DNA from: Microthyrium microscopicum
Taxonomy: Eukaryota
Assembly (NCBI GenBank): GCA_010405405.1
Contig: MU004231.1
Span: 2,713,923-2,777,922 of the forward strand
DNA length: 64,000 nucleotides
Direction: 5' to 3'
This document shows positions 1 through 15,700 of the stretch, piece after piece; within the stretch, counting starts at the first letter, position 1; each line of letters starts with the position of its first letter. The notes beneath the pieces are model-generated. The model saw only the letters and a list, made by a program, of their open reading frames with translations, was not told the DNA's origin and searched no databases. Position numbers and translations under genes: made by a program.

Positions 1-3000
1 GTTATAAGTTCTATTATTTAAGCTATTTTTAATAACTTGCTATAGTTACTAATTAGTATTATATTATTTATTTAATAACCTAAATTACCTTAATACGTAG
101 GTAGGTTATACTAAAAATTATTAACTTTCTAAGTAATAGTCTCTATACGTAGCTTAATAAATATATAGATATACGTAATAAGTTTATCTAAAAATAGCAA
201 TTTTATAGTCTCTATAGCCTAGTAGTCTCTAGAATATTTCCTACCTTAGCTAAGTATAAGGATTTTATACTTATAACTAATACGTAAATAGAATAGTAAG
301 TCGTTAATAAGAAAGAGAATTATCTTACTAGTAAATAATATATATTCCTAGAGGTATTATTAATATATAGTTATAATTTAGTCTTATTTAAAAATATAAA
401 CTTATATAAGGTCTACTCTCTCTATTTTTATTATACTTATATAATCTAGTAAAGTTACTATCTTTTCTTAGCTACTTAGTAAACTTCTATATATCTAGTT
501 TCTTAGTCTTAAGTAATCTTAAGAATATAGAGTTAAATAGTACTAACTAGTATATATCTTACTTAGTCTAAATATTTAGTAATAATATCTTTAACTATTT
601 AAATATAGTAATTCTATACTAACTAATGTAGTACTATATTTAAGTAGTTTTTAAAGTTAGCTAAATCCTATATATACTATATCTAAGAAGATATAAGAAT
701 AAACTTATATTCCTATAGAATTAGTTATACTTAGACATAGTTAGTACCTCTAAGATATTAATTATTATAGTTAGAAACTTAGGTAGCGCCTCTTCTAGAT
801 ATACTTTACAATAATAATTCTAGAGCTTATTACCTATTATACTTTACTTACTAGTACTATTTTAATAATCTAGCTAAGAATCTAAGTTATACTTACTATT
901 AAGAGTAGCTAAGGTTAGTTTATTTATAATTAACCTAATAACTCTATTATTATATAGACCTTAGCTTAGTATAAGTTCTTATTTACTTTTCCTTATAGAT
1001 AAATACAAACCTTATAATAGACTAAATCTATTAATAAGGTTATTAGTATTATAATAATAAGCTTAAAGAGAAATAGTCGTTTAAAGGCTATATATAGCTA
1101 CTAAGATATAAAAATTAGTAGACTAGATTGTATAGATTATAAAGAGAGCCTATCTATATTTATACTATATATAAGGCAATTACTAAGAAGATAATTACCT
1201 AAGCTAGAAATAGATATTTAGTCTATATTAGAAGGTAGCAAGTTATATATTTATACTTATCTTAGTTTCTACAAATAGAAATAACTTAATATAATGTCTT
1301 TATTACTTATAGTTTAAGAAAAGCTATAGTTAAAAGAATCTACTTTAATACTATTATATTAGCTTATATATATAATAAGGTAGAGACAAAATAGAATAAA
1401 AGAGATAGATGCTAGTATATTATATAATACTACATTACCTATTAAGCTTTTCTAAGTAATTACGTTGCTATAACTAATAAGATAAAGAGAAGAGGTTTCT
1501 AAAATAGTCTAAGACTTATATATCTATTAGTATTTATTAGCTTTCTAAATAAATCTAAATAAATAAATAGTAGAAATACTTAGCTATTACTAAAAGACTC
1601 ATTTAAGGTGCTTATAAGTCCTATATTCTAGGTAGCTTCTAGAGCTTCGTTAGAAGTAGCGTTTAATACTATATAAGAATTATAACTTAGTTAACATTTA
1701 ATAAGAATCATTTTTTTAGAAATTATTAAGCTAGTTTTTAGATAGTTAAGTAAGCCTAACTTAGAGTTTAGGGCCTAGAGTTTATTAGTGCCTCTAGATT
1801 TATAAGTACTATTTTACTTAATAATAGTACCTTTAACTTATATTTACCTAGTTAGGTCTAAAAACTCTATCTATTCATCTAGCTAGTAGGCAATTATTAT
1901 ATTAGCTAATGTTTAGTTTAGTAAGTATATTTAGAGTATATTATATTAGTATTAGACGTCTACTTTATAAAGTCTATTCTATTTCGTTTATTACGGCTTA
2001 AAAGGTCTTAAGCTATAGAGTCTTATAATAAAGGTCTACTATCCCTAGTAAAGAAGAATATATAAATTAGAATCTAATAAAAGTAAATTATAGGCTAAAA
2101 AAATATATATAGTAGTTTACTTAGCTTTGCTTCTCTTTATACCTTAACCTTTATAAGCTCTTATAAGCCTACTCCTTATCTTACTTTTTATAATATTACC
2201 TTACCTTACTAAATTCATTATAGTGTTATTAACTTAGTATAGGCTTACCTAAGAGGTTATATTATATATAAAACGTATTATTAGAATTTAAATATTAAAG
2301 TAAAGTAGTAATAAGAATCTAATAAGTATAATATTATAATAAAGATTACTAGGTATATAGGTATTTTAATAGAAATATATAATTAGTAGAACTTTAGATA
2401 AATATAGTAAAGGATAAGAAGCAGATCGCGTAGAATAATAAGGAAAGAAGATAATATTTTAAAAGTTATACTATATAATGCGTAAAAAATATTAATACTA
2501 AAACTAATTTTAATAACGTTTCCTATTACTTTTTAACTCTTAACTAATATAGTATACGCTAAGTATACACAAAGGCTATATTCTTAAAACTTATTTAGTT
2601 ATTATTATTAGTTCTTATTAAATAGGCTATTCTAAAGACTATATAAAAAAGATAAGAGGAAATAAGTCACGTTAAGCTATTTCTACGTTATGCTATATTA
2701 ATATAAGAGGTTAAATTAAGGTAGATTATAGGATTCTATTTAGTTATTACTTTCTATTATTATTAAATCTATTAATTCTAAGGCTACGTAAAAGAAGCTA
2801 GAAATTATTAAGTTATACTAAGTAATTTCTATACTACACTATATTAAAGTAGAGGCTAGGTAGTAATCCTATATTATAAAATTAGGTTTAGCTTACTATT
2901 ATATTTAATTATTATCTAATATGCTAATTATTATATATACTAATTCTTAAGCTATATAAAAAGGGCCTAAGATTATAAGCTTATACTAAGCTATTTCTAT

Positions 3001-3249
3001 ATTTTCTTATATTAAAGTAGAGGCTAAGTATTAATCTATATTATAAAGTCATATTTAGCTATATTAATCTATATTATAAAGTTACGTTTAGCTATTATGC
3101 TAATATATTATTAAATATATAAGTAAGCTTAAGTATTATATAAGGTAGGTAAGAAATTTATAGTTTATAGTTAATAATAATAGAACAAGCTAAATCTAAA
3201 TAGTTAGATAGAAGTTAGTATTAAACTTACGTTATTTCCTATAAGAATA

Positions 3250-4960
3250 TCTTAATTGCTACTCTATTAAGCTACTAAAAGTTTATATTCTTTTTTATTA
3301 CTACTATACCGCTATAATAAGCAAAATACTAATTACTACTATTACTCCTTCTACATAGAATAAGTTAATTATTTACTAAATTATCCTAAGAATATATAAA
3401 TATATTTAGCTACTAATCTTTACTAGCTAAAGCAAGCTTATCCAATTTATATAGGGGGACACTTTTAATAAAAAGGCTAGTATTAAACCTCTTAATTACT
3501 TTATTTAGATAACTAGTCTATTAGTAATTACTATTACGTTATTCTATAGCAACTAGTTTATCTCTCTTAATTATAAGTAAGCTATAGAAGTTACTTTTAT
3601 TACTAATTAAGCTAATATAGAATCTAAACCTATAGAGTCTATAAGTCCTAAAGTACTATATTAATTACTATCTTTACGTATATTAATAAACGATAGTTAG
3701 ATACTAGGCATTACTATACTTATAGTCTATACTTACTTAATAAGTCTAGACCCTTCTATTATTATATAATAGTTTAATTTTAATTCTATATATTAAACCT
3801 AGTAAGATATTAGTTAACTATTATAGTACTAATTATAGGTACTATTCTAACCTTCTATAAATAATTACTTAATCTATATATTATATAACTATCTACTCTC
3901 CTATAAATATAGTAGCAAATACGTTAATTATATATAAACTAGCTATACTTTAATAAGTTATATTAATTCTATAAAAACTTGCTATAAGGTATATAAGAGA
4001 ATACTAAAGAATAGCGTTTTAATAATTCTATAATATATAGATAATCCTTTATATACGTAAGCTTATTAGCTAGTTAGTACTATTAAATAGAACTTAATAT
4101 TTATAGTACTATAAAATACTATTTCTTAATTAAATTTTACTAGTATATAGAGAATAAGTAATACTTTCTAGTTTTATTAGATAAAACTACTAAACTTAGC
4201 TAATATATGCTAAAAGTCTAATTAAGATACTTCCTTAGTATTAGAATTACTAATAGTTATTAACTCTAACTTACTAGATACTACTCTAGAATTAGAGTTA
4301 TAGACTCTTTCTATTATAAAGCTTAAGGCCCCTATTAAATAATTACTAAACTAGAAGTTATAGTAGGCACCTTATTTCGTAACCCCTATTAAATAACCTT
4401 TAGAACTAGAATTATAAGCTTCGTCTATTATAAAGCTTAAGGCCCTTATTAAATAAACTCTAAACCTAAAGTTATAGGCTCTTTTCCTTATAAAGCTTAA
4501 GGCCTTTATTAAATAAGCTCTAAACCTAGAGTTATAGGCTCCTTCTATTATAAAGCTTAAGGCTCTTATTAAATAAACTCTAAGCTTAGAGTTATAGGCT
4601 ACTTCTATTATAAAGCTTAAAGACCTTATTAAATAAGCTCTAAAGTATTTTATTAAAACTAAGTTATAATTATTTCTTTAACTTAAGATAGAGACTAGCT
4701 CTTAAGTTTTACTAAAAGCTCCTATTAAGCCTAATATAGAGCTACCTTTTAATACTAAGCTTAAGGTATTTTTTAAAGCTAGAATAGATACTACTATATT
4801 AGAAACTAAAATATAGCCTAACCCTTAAATATTTAATGAACCTATATTTAATTAACCTATAGTATTATCTACTATCTATATTAAGTAGCTAATAGACTCT
4901 AAACGCTATTAACTTAATAGATATATATAAACGTATTAAGAAAGCAACTAGTTTACTATA
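3250..4960 (-). pseudogene. RIP-degenerate orphan ORF with a 20-aa repeat region
   Basis: Minus frame carries 60-bp repeats (de-RIP ~GAHSTGASSFATEGAHDSGF), then ITISDSDTEEVS-like sequence and a globular-looking region. No family recognised; boundaries approximate. Confidence 0.4.
4290..4645. repeat. ~6 x ~60-bp tandem repeat (coding-type)
   Basis: Unit ttataggctccttctattataaagcttaaggcccttattaaataaactctaaacctagag recurs, with copies differing mostly by transitions. Confidence 0.9.
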
Positions 4961-7900
4961 TAGAAGTAGTAAGATAAATAACACGCCTTAAAGGGTAAGA
5001 AAGTACCTAAATTAAAGCTAGGGTTTAAACTAATACGTATAGGGATTTAATATCTAAAGCTAACCTATCCTACTAGGTTATTAAGATCTAATACTAATTT
5101 ATCTTGCCTAAAGAATGTTTACTTTATTAACTATAAGGTTATAAAGCTAAGTTTTAACCTAGAAATTAGGCATTCTAGTATACCTTAATATCTTACTTAT
5201 AATAATTAATATTATACTTTATTTTAATTATTAATATATTTCTTAGGTTAAAGAGGGAGAGAGAATCTATAATAGTCTAAGGATTATATAGTAATAGATT
5301 ATATTTTATCTCTTAATTTATTTTATTACTTTAAATTTAGTAGTCTATTGCTTAATTAATATAGTACTATTAATCGCTCTATAAAATAAGACCTTACTAT
5401 TAATAGGAGTTCTCTTTATTTAATTGAATTTATAAAAAAGTAAGAACTCTTTATATTGCCTATACTTAAAGAACTCTCTAAAGAACTTAATTATAGTATT
5501 ATAATTTAGAGTATTAGCATTTTTTTTAGAACTATCGTAGCTACTATTTATAAACTTTTTATAGTCTAGAGTATAAATATAGTTACTTACTATCTTATAA
5601 ATATATATTTATATATCTATAACTATTAAGGAGGAGTTAGAGTTTAGAAGTATATATAGCTATACCTTAGGTTATATATTATTATAATCTTAGGATTATT
5701 TTAATTCTCTTAGCCTTAAGCTTTAGAGAGATACTAGTAAAGTTCTATTAGTAATAGACTCTATCTATTATTAATAGATAGTTAAAGTTAGAATAAGGGT
5801 TTACTTACGTATATTCTAAGTTTAAGCTTTTATTTATTTCTATTAGTATATATTTTATTAATAATAATAGACTAATATAAGAAGTAATCTTTATTATTTA
5901 TTCTTATATATAGCTTTATTATATCTTATACTTAGCTAATATAATCTTTTAATATATAGATAGCCTTATTTAGCTAGTAGTTATATACTTAAGTATTATA
6001 TAATATTAGTAATTATCTTTTACTTTCCTTTATATATATTATAGTTATTAAGACTATAGTATAAGTCTTAAAGTCGTTTCTTTATAGCTATAGCTAATTA
6101 GGTATATTTATTTAAGTTTATATTAAGTTATCGTATTAACTCTTTTTTAGTTATATTTAGATACTCCTTTAAGCTATCTTACTATCTAGCTATATTATTT
6201 TCTAAAAGTCTAACTATAATATAAAGGAGTTATTAGGTAGAGAGGATAGTATAAGATTAGAGTTAGAATAGGAAGAATATACTAAAAATTAATAATAAGT
6301 ATATTATAAGAATTAAGAGTCGTAAATTTGTTATAACGTAGAAAGGAGAATATAAGGAAAATATACTATAGTAGTACTTAAATAGTTAGAAACGCATTAT
6401 TATTTAGGACTATACGTTGCTTATAACTAGATTTACTAATTCTAAGAGCCTATATATTAAGCCTATAGATATCTTTACGCTACTAGAAAAAGACTTATAG
6501 ACTTATATCTAAGTTAGTAGCTATAGTTAAGTTATATTTACGTATAAGATATAAAGTAAGTAGTAGTATTTAGCGTTAATAATATAATAAAGTAAATATT
6601 CTTTAAGGTTATATAAAATATTTCTAGAAATTTCTAGACTTATTTAGACTTTCTAGACTTTTCTAGATATATTATTATTTAAGACCTATATATTTTTAGA
6701 GAAGGTTACTTTATAGATACGTCTATAGCTTAGAACTACTACTTTTATATTCTTTATACTATAATACGTAGTACTATAAATTTTATCCTCTAATATAATA
6801 AGTTAGCTAATAGTTATAACTATTCTAATACTATAGAATTATAGCCTTTACGTTACTATGGTTTTACTTTATAACTTATTATTTAATATATTTACTATAC
6901 TTAGATAATAACTAAGTCTAGTATATGAATTCTAAGAAGTAATATTTATTCTAGATATAGTTAAAGTATTTTATACCTTATTATAATAGAGGTCTAAATA
7001 GCAAATTATTCCTAGCCCTTTCTAGTAACTAGCCTTTTATATATTAATATCTTATAAGCTTCTATTATTAACGTAAGGTTTCTAATAATAACTTACTTAC
7101 TAGTCTTATAATTTAAGGAATTATATATTCATAAAATAGACTACACTTACTAGGACAAAGAAAATTATATAGATAGTAGTTTAGACGTTCTAGCTTATTT
7201 ATTATTAGCTCTTTATATTTAAAATGGTTAATAGCTATATAGTTTTACTTATAAGATTACTATCCTTATCCTTATTAAGTTAAGAAATATTAGCACTAAA
7301 AGATATATTATAGTAATAAAGCCTCTAGTTATAATCTTCTACTTTTAAGAGTAAATCTATAGTAATAGCTTTAGGTCTAGTAACTCTAACAAATTAATAA
7401 AAAGATTAGTAATTATTATTATTATTCTATTCTTATTTAAAAGTAAGGTAAATAAATTAAAAGTACGCTATAAAGCTTAAGAACTATCTATAACTACCTA
7501 TACGTAGTTACTACTATATAATAAGTTTATCTTAAGTAAGTATTATTATAGGTTTTAATATAGCTAGTTTGCCTATAATTAGTATTAATTAAATAATAAA
7601 AGGTAGTATAAATAAAATAGAAGTCTAATAGCTATTTTATATAAAGTAGACTTATAATAAGATTACGTCTTTTCTCTACTATAGTAGTTAAAAGCCTTAG
7701 TATATTACCTAAAACGCTACGTTACATTCTAAATCCTATATTATATAATCTATTATAAACCCTATAGCCTTTTATAAACGTAATTCTACTAGGTACTTTA
7801 TTTATAAGGTACTAAAAGTAAGTACTTAAGTACGTATAGTCTTTAATATTTTCTAAGTTATTCCTACTAAGGTAAATAAGAAATATACCTACTTAGAGGT

Positions 7901-10699
7901 AAATAGAAATAATATAAAAAGAAAATATAATATACTTAAATATTTTAAATTTAATAACTCTAGTTAATATTATACTCTCTTAGTAAGAATTAAAGACTCT
8001 TCTATTTTTAATAAATAATAATATTTCGTAACGTAAATTAAATTACGCTAATTAATCTATAAAGCGTATTAACGAAACTAAATAGCAATAATTACTATTT
8101 AGTTCTCTACTTAAAGCGCTAACCTTTTCTATTTTAATTTCTAGCCTAAATATAATTAATAGCAATAATTTAGACTTTTATTACTCCTAAATTATTATAT
8201 TAGCTTAGTTTTATAGCTAATTATAATAGTCTAGTTATTCTCTACCTCTACTTACTACGTCTCTTTTTCTTTTATTTTTTATTCTACTTATTTCTTTTCC
8301 TCTTTTCTCTTCTTTTCTTATTCTTTATTCTTCTTACTTATAATCTTTTTCTTCTTCTCTTTCTTCTTATTCGCTATTTTAAAGTATAGGTAAAGAAGGT
8401 AGCAATAATAGTATTAATATAATAAATAGTTTCATAGCTAAGGCTTATCTTATCTTAGTAAACTCTACTCTTCCTTTCTTAAAGATAATATCTTAACCTT
8501 TATACTAACTAATATACGTTTAATATAAAGATATAGTTACTATAAATAGGAAAAGATAAGTAGTAGAAAAGAGAATAAGAAGCTTTAAAGCTTAGTAGCG
8601 ATTTTAAGTTTAGAACCTTATATAACTTTTTTAATAATTAATTAAATTCTTAGATTTTAAGAGTAGTAAGGTAATCTCTCCTATTAAATATACTTATAGC
8701 TTAAGATTCTATTTCCCTTAATTACTATTTCTAATTACTACCTTTCTTATAACTTATCTTATTATTTACTATATATCTCTTATAGATAAGTATATTTAGA
8801 ACGTTTAAGGTTATATTAGAGAGCTCCCTAATATAGAGACTAGAACCTTTAAAGTAAGAAAGTATAGATAAAGAAAATTATTTAAGCTTTTAGAGCTAAT
8901 ATTATTAATTAACTTTAATATAGTAACTATAAGTTCTATATAATAACTTTTAGTTTCTATCTAGCAAAGAGTATTTTATATCTTAAACTTTAGGCCTTCT
9001 TAGCTTCTTTAGCTACTACCTTAACCTCGTTTTTAAGTATAGTCTTCTTTAATAAGTTAGTAACTTCTTCTACCTTAGTCTTCTTCTTTAATTAAGCCTT
9101 CTTTATAGCCTTTTTTATAACCTTCTTTGCATACTTTTTTATTTTCTTTACATTCTCTAGTTTCTTTACGTTCTTAGTTTTTAAGTAGAGATATAAAATA
9201 TAGTAAGCTCACTCTTAGTAGAGCAAATAATTACATAATTATAGCTCTATATTCGTAGAATAATTAGTCTATGCTTAATTATTTTAGAGAATTATAATTC
9301 TTACTCTTAATTTTATTTATATCTTAAGTATTACTTTGCTCTTCCTTAGATTCCTTAAAAATTAGCCTAGGATACTTTAAATAGATCTAATTAAAGCGTA
9401 GTAGTACCTACCTAAGTAAATCTTAATAAGAAACATAGAAAAGATAGGTCACTATAACTAGAATAGATATATATTAAAGTACGTATTTAAATAAAGTTAA
9501 TTATAAAGAAGCATAATTATAGTTAATATATTAAGATTAAACGCTATTTAAATTTAGATACTATATTAGGTTTCTTAAGGTTTATATATTTATATAAGCC
9601 TATTAGGTTTATAAAAGCTTAACTAAGTTTATAGATTATCTTAGTATAAGAGATAATATAATATTTATAGTTATTAGTAATAGACGTAATACTAAAATAA
9701 ATAAAGATATTAAGCGCAAAGATAGAATTAAATAAGCAAGCTAGGAATTAAAATTAGTAATAGTTATTATAAGTAAGTCTTAGATTTAGGCGGTAAAGTT
9801 ACTTAGACTAGCGATTTATTATTAAGGTTATAAAAGGACGTAGCCTTTCCTATTTAATTAAATAGAACTTAACACCTTAAGTTTAAGCCTTCTTAACCTC
9901 TAGTTCCTTATTCTTATCTTTTTTTATCTCTCCTTCCTTTATTACCTTTTTCTTAGCCTTTAGATATAGACAAAGTAGATAATAGAATTAATCTTAGTAA
10001 AGAGGGTAGTTATATAGCTAGATCTTCTTTAGTTTATTTAAGTATATTAACGACGCTAATATTATAATATAGTATAATTTACTAACCTTCTACTAGTAGA
10101 GATAATAAATTTACTTATAAAAAAGCTAAAGTTAAAGGACTAAACTACTAATTTTTATTTTTAAGGAAGTTCTAATATTATAAATAAATAGAAGGAAGAT
10201 TAATAAAATACCTTATTAGAACATTAGCTTAGATTATTAATTACTTAATAGTATAGATAATATAGCTCTATAATTCTCTTTAAGCTCTTTACCTAAAATC
10301 CTAATAAGAGCTATAGAAACTAATAGTGCCACGTTATTTACTTTATAAGTTAATATTATTAGAGAGAGAGAATACAAGCAGAATAACGTTTATAAATAGA
10401 TATAGCTAAATTATATTTTATAGATATATGCTAAAAAATATTTAGCTAAATAGATATTTTATAGGCTATAAGGCGTTATTATCTATCCTTATTATTCTTC
10501 TATTTCTCTCTAGATTCTTTTAGCTACTAAATATATTTATTAGTTTAGTTAAGATATTTAGATTTACTATAAAGGCGTATTTTACGTATTAATAGTAATA
10601 ATATTAACTTTAAGTATATTTTCTAATATTTTATATTATTAATAATTTAATAATAGTATTTTAACCTTTACTATAAACTAAACTAATTATATATAAAGT

Positions 10700-13600
10700 T
10701 ATTTATTAAATTCGTTATCTTTAGGCTTTATCTTAATTATAATTAAACTCTCTTTAATATTCTAGTATATATTATTTTTAATATTCTTTAAGTATTTCTA
10801 TATCTCTTTTATAAATAGAGAAGCTAGGGCTTCCTTAAATTAGGATACTAGTTTAGTTAACTTAGGCTAAGTTAGTCCTAATTTAAGATATATCTATAAA
10901 TTCTTAAGTCTTATTAGTTATACTACTTAATCTTTAGAATAAGCCTCTATAAAACCTATAGTATTTAACTAAAGCTTATTAATATTCTACGATAGTATAT
11001 TAATTAAATTATTATCTAAGTATAATACATTAATTAAGATATGCTTTATTATATTACTTGCTTAAAGAACTCTTCTAGTACTTTAAGTCTAATTACTTAG
11101 CAATATTAGAATAGATATTATAATTAGATATTTTGCCTACTACTAGTTACTTCTAGTACTATAGCTACTATATATTCTAATTAGAACCTAAATATTCTTA
11201 TTAAAGAGGTATTTACTTATTCTTAATAGCGTTTAACTACTTATAGTAGATTTTAGAATATTTTAAAAGAAGTAATAGATATTAGCTTTATTGCGTAAAG
11301 ATAAGCTAGTTCTTAAATAGCTTACTTTAATTAAAGATAACTTTTTACTTAACGTGCTAGTTTTATTAAAATAAGATACTTAAAGATTAAATTTCTTAAT
11401 TATATATTAAAGCGTTACTATAATCGTATTAGTAGAAGCAGAATACTTTATAATAATTAAGACCTTACTTTATTATAAGCCTTATTTCTTTTACTCTCTA
11501 TTAAGAAAGTACGTTTCTAGGTTAGTATAGACCTTTTTAATAATATTTACTACGTACTATATCTAAGTACTTATTTTTAGAAACTAAGGGGCTTCTTTAA
11601 TGAAGAGATTATCCTTAAGCTTAGCTAGTTTCTTAGAGTTAGGCTTTAGAGATAGGCTACTATTAATTCTTGCTAGCATATAATAAAGATTATCTTTAGC
11701 CTATTCTTTAATTTCCTTTACCTATTTTAATATTAATAAATAAAATACCTTAATAATAGGTTTATAATATATAATCTTAATAGAGGTTTAGTAGACTATA
11801 TAGTTAGCTAGCCTAGCTTATATCTATTTAGCTTAATATAGTTTACTTTTACGCTAAGTAGTAGAGTTATTAATAGTACTTATCCTTAATTTATTTATTT
11901 ACGCTACTATATATTTATTAAGCTTATCTATAAGCTATATTACTTTTAAGTCTATCGTATTAATAATAATAAGCCCTATTTTATTTAGAGGCAGTATAAT
12001 ACACTTTTAACTAAAAAGCTCTATATTTATTATATAGTGAAGTTTAAATAAGATATATATACTAGCTAAAGTAGCGCTTACTTAGGCTTATTCTCTTACA
12101 AGCTATTTCTCTTCTCTTTTATTAAGATACTTATATAATCTTATATTTTTCGTAATAAATATAACGATCTAACTAAAAATAGCGTTAAGTAATAAAGGGA
12201 TAAATAATACGTAATTATTAGTAAAGATCGCCTAATCTTTCTTTAATTTATCTTTAAGAAACTCTCTAATATCTTTATTAGTATTAGAGAAGTAAATATA
12301 TTATATATTTGCTAAGTAAGTAATTAGGTTTAGTTAGCTTACTATAATATTATAATATATTCTAAATTAACCTAATATAGTAGCTTTAGACTATATACTA
12401 TAATAGTACTCTAGTAGTATATAACTAGGTATATAGGTTTCTCTATTAATATTAGAATAAGTTAGGTTATTTAGTATTTAATATCTATAAGACTTATCTA
12501 AGACTAAGACTCTAATTATAAAGTATTTTTAACTATATAGGCATTTACTTCTATTTACTATTAATTCTATATTAGTATAGAGGTAGTTCTTAGGTTTTAG
12601 AATTTTATAATATCTAGTTTTCTATTCTTCTAACTATACTTATAAAAGTCTTATAATTAATTATAAGACTTAGAATATATATGAACCTAATATTATTAAT
12701 ATAATAATACTAGTCTACTTAAGTATTCTAAAATTAGTTTTAAAATTAGTAAAAAGTCTACACATATAAAAGACTTTGTTTAAGAATATAAACTTAGGTT
12801 TTGTGCTTAAATAGTTAACGTAAAGGATAAATACCTAGTTAGGCTTACTTTTATATTTTGAGATATTAATTACCTTTTCCTATTCGTCTAACTAAACTAA
12901 GATTATAAATATAATTATTTATATATAGTTTATACTAATAGTAAGAGTACTATACTAGTAGTTATTTAAGTTAATATAGGTTATAGTAGATTTTAATTAT
13001 ACTAGCAATTTCTTAAAATAATAGCATATTACAAGTTAGTTAAGACTTCTTAACTACATATAAGAACCTTTCTTTTTATTCTTAGAGCCCTAATAACTAG
13101 GGACTTAAACGTCTAATAGATATCCTTTAAAAAGCTTAGGTTTCTCTTCCTTTATAAGGCGCTACTCCTTTATATATATTATTATATTTTTAGTCTATTA
13201 ACTATTTATCTAAATAGTAACTAATATCTAGATAGTCTTCTTTAAGCCTAAAACGTTTATAATATAAAGGTTTTATATAAGAATAATATACTTATATATA
13301 ATTATTACTCTAATAGCTTAATAAATTTAAACGTTAACTTTAAATCTAAGAATAATAAAGTTTAATATATTATTCTTATCTTTGTAATTAAAAAATACAT
13401 ATATTTTTCTCTAATCTTTAAGTATTAAGTACTTATAAGTTTTACTTTATAGTAGTCTCGCGTAGAAGCTTATAATAAAGGAAGCTTTTAAATCCTTATC
13501 TTTAATTATTCTAAACTCTCTATATTCTATATATATATTATAAAATAGTTTAGTTTATAAAGCTTTAGTATATAGAGCTTTACCTATTATAGAAGACTTA

Positions 13601-15700
13601 AGTATAATAGATCTATATTTAGTATAGTTAAAGTAGTTAATAAGGAAACTAGTTCGTTCTTAGATATATTTATTTTTAGAAGTCTTTAATATATAAAAGC
13701 TAATAGTATTAAGTATTAGTTTATATATATTAAATAGATAAGGTTTAATCTATTTCTTATAAGCTTACTATATATTAATTCTTACGTTGCTATCTTTATT
13801 ATTATAGTTATACTATTACTTATCTTTATAAGGTTATAATTCTTAAAGGTATTTTATTTCTATACTACGTAACGTATTTACTTTATTTTATAAAGAAGAT
13901 AGTAAATTTAATAACTAAGGTTTAAATAGCGTAGTAACCTTTTCTATAGTTAAATTATTTACTTTAATAGCTATAGAGTCGTCTAGTATAGCAATATCTT
14001 TCTTAATTAAGTCTTTAGCGTTTATAAGAACGTTTACTATAAGTAGTAATAATTCTAAGTTATTAATAGTAAGATTAATAACGTCCTTAGCATTAGTAAA
14101 ATTAATAACGCGCTTAAAGAAACTTAAAGGTTTAGTATAGCTAAAAGAAGATAGCTTATTTTAAGAAGATGACGTAGTTAGAGAAGCTAGCGTACTTAAA
14201 GAGCTATAGCGTTTTCTTAAGTAATTAAGAAAGGGTTTAGCTATTATTAGATAACTTAATTTTCGTAGAATAAAGAGTAATATAATACGATCTAAAGTAG
14301 TAGAATTAGGTCTTTATAAACGACGTATTTTAGATAGATAATTAATATCTATAGAAATTAGCGCTTATACTTTACCGTCTTCTATTTATATATTGCTAGT
14401 AAAAAGCTTAAGGCTTTAAGGCTACGTAAGTCTATCGCTATCTAGAAATAGTACTTAATCTTATTATATACTCTCTATCTCTAGCTTAACAACGCGCTCT
14501 TTAAGTCCTTAAGAAGATATAATAGTAGTATCTATAGATTTAGCGCTATCTAGAAGCGATACTTAATCTTATTATACGCCTTCTATCTCTAGCTTAACGA
14601 TACGCTCTTTAAGTTCTTAAGAAGATATAGTAATAGTATCTATAGGTTTAACGCTATCTAGAAGTAGTACTTAATCTTATTATACGCCTCCTATTTCTAG
14701 CTTAATAATATACTCTTTAAGTCTTTAAAAAGATATAGTAGTAGTATCTATAAGTCTAGCGCTATCTAGAAGTAATACTTAATCTTATTACACGCCCTCT
14801 ATTTCTAGCTTAATAATGGGCTCTTTAAGTCCTTAAGAAGATATAGTAGTAGTATCTATAGGTCTAGCGCTGTCTAGAAGTAGTACTTAATCTTATTATA
14901 CGCCCTCTATCTCTAGTTTAATAATATACTCTTTAAGTCCTTAAAAAGATATAATAATAGTATCTATAGGTCTAACGCTATCTAGAAGCGGTACTTAATC
15001 TTATTATACGCTCCTTATCTCTAGCTTAATAACGCGCTCTTTAAGTCCTTAAGAAGATATAGTAATAATATCTATAGGTTTAGTACTATCTAGAAGCGGT
15101 GCTTAATCTTATTGCACGCCCCCTATCTCTATATTAGTGGTAGTATTCTAAGGTTACGATATTTAGACTAATAAGCTTAGAAAAGTGTAATATTCTTAGC
15201 TACTATTCTTATTAATCACTTCTAAAATTAGAGCTAATTTTACCTTCGCCTCTTTACGTTTAGACTTACCTTCGTTTTTCCTACTAGATAGGCTTATTTA
15301 TACTAAAGTCTATTATTCTTTATAATCGCAAGAATTAGATTCATTCTTAAATTTCTTTCTATTTATAAATACTAAAAGATTATAGTTACTACTAACTCTT
15401 TCTATATCGTTCTTATCGTTATAGTACTTTTACTTTATTTTATTAGGCAGTACTAGCGAAAATTCTAAGTCTTCCTCTTTAGAATTATCTAGATTACTAT
15501 TTAAATTTATTTTAAAATCCTTAACTAAGCTATCTTTAAAATCCTTATCTAAACTATCTTTATTATCTTTAGTAACCTTACTATCTTTATTATCTTTAAT
15601 AATCTTACTATCTTTATTATTTTTAGTAACCTTGCTATCTTTATTAAATTAGTTAGAAATAGAATCTTTATACGTATTACGTTTACATGTTAATAGTTTA
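10700..15700 (-). pseudogene. RIP-degenerate SNF2-family (SF2) helicase/ATPase
   Basis: All motifs lie in one minus frame. INVLGLKKTI* (13,260-13,228) de-RIPs to xDVPGLGKTIQ (motif I). VLDKSY (~12,490-12,505) gives DESH (motif II). YSTRSN***AKYLII...T*STRRVL*AS (11,165-11,055) gives GTGSNWQQA..LI...QSAGRVLRAG (Helicase_C motifs V/VI). The N-terminus is long, acidic and repetitive. Confidence 0.85.
14431..15130 (-). repeat. ~6.5 x 108-bp (36-aa) tandem repeat in the SNF2 N-terminus
   Basis: Anchor gctatctaga at 14437, 14545, 14653, 14761, 14869, 14977, 15085 (period 108), in frame with the SNF2 motifs. De-RIP unit ~AGPMDTAAMSSQGLEERVVEPETGGVQQDQAPLPDS. Confidence 0.92.

Noticed and set aside
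412..432. ctactctctctattttt as a possible left TIR
   Set aside because: Imperfect match to CACTGCTCTCTCGTTTT, with no subterminal repeats or Copia sequence beside it.
3600..3900. Possible Ulp1-like protease (de-RIP ESGWLHD...DSM)
   Set aside because: I could not find the catalytic His-Trp and Gln...Cys motifs.
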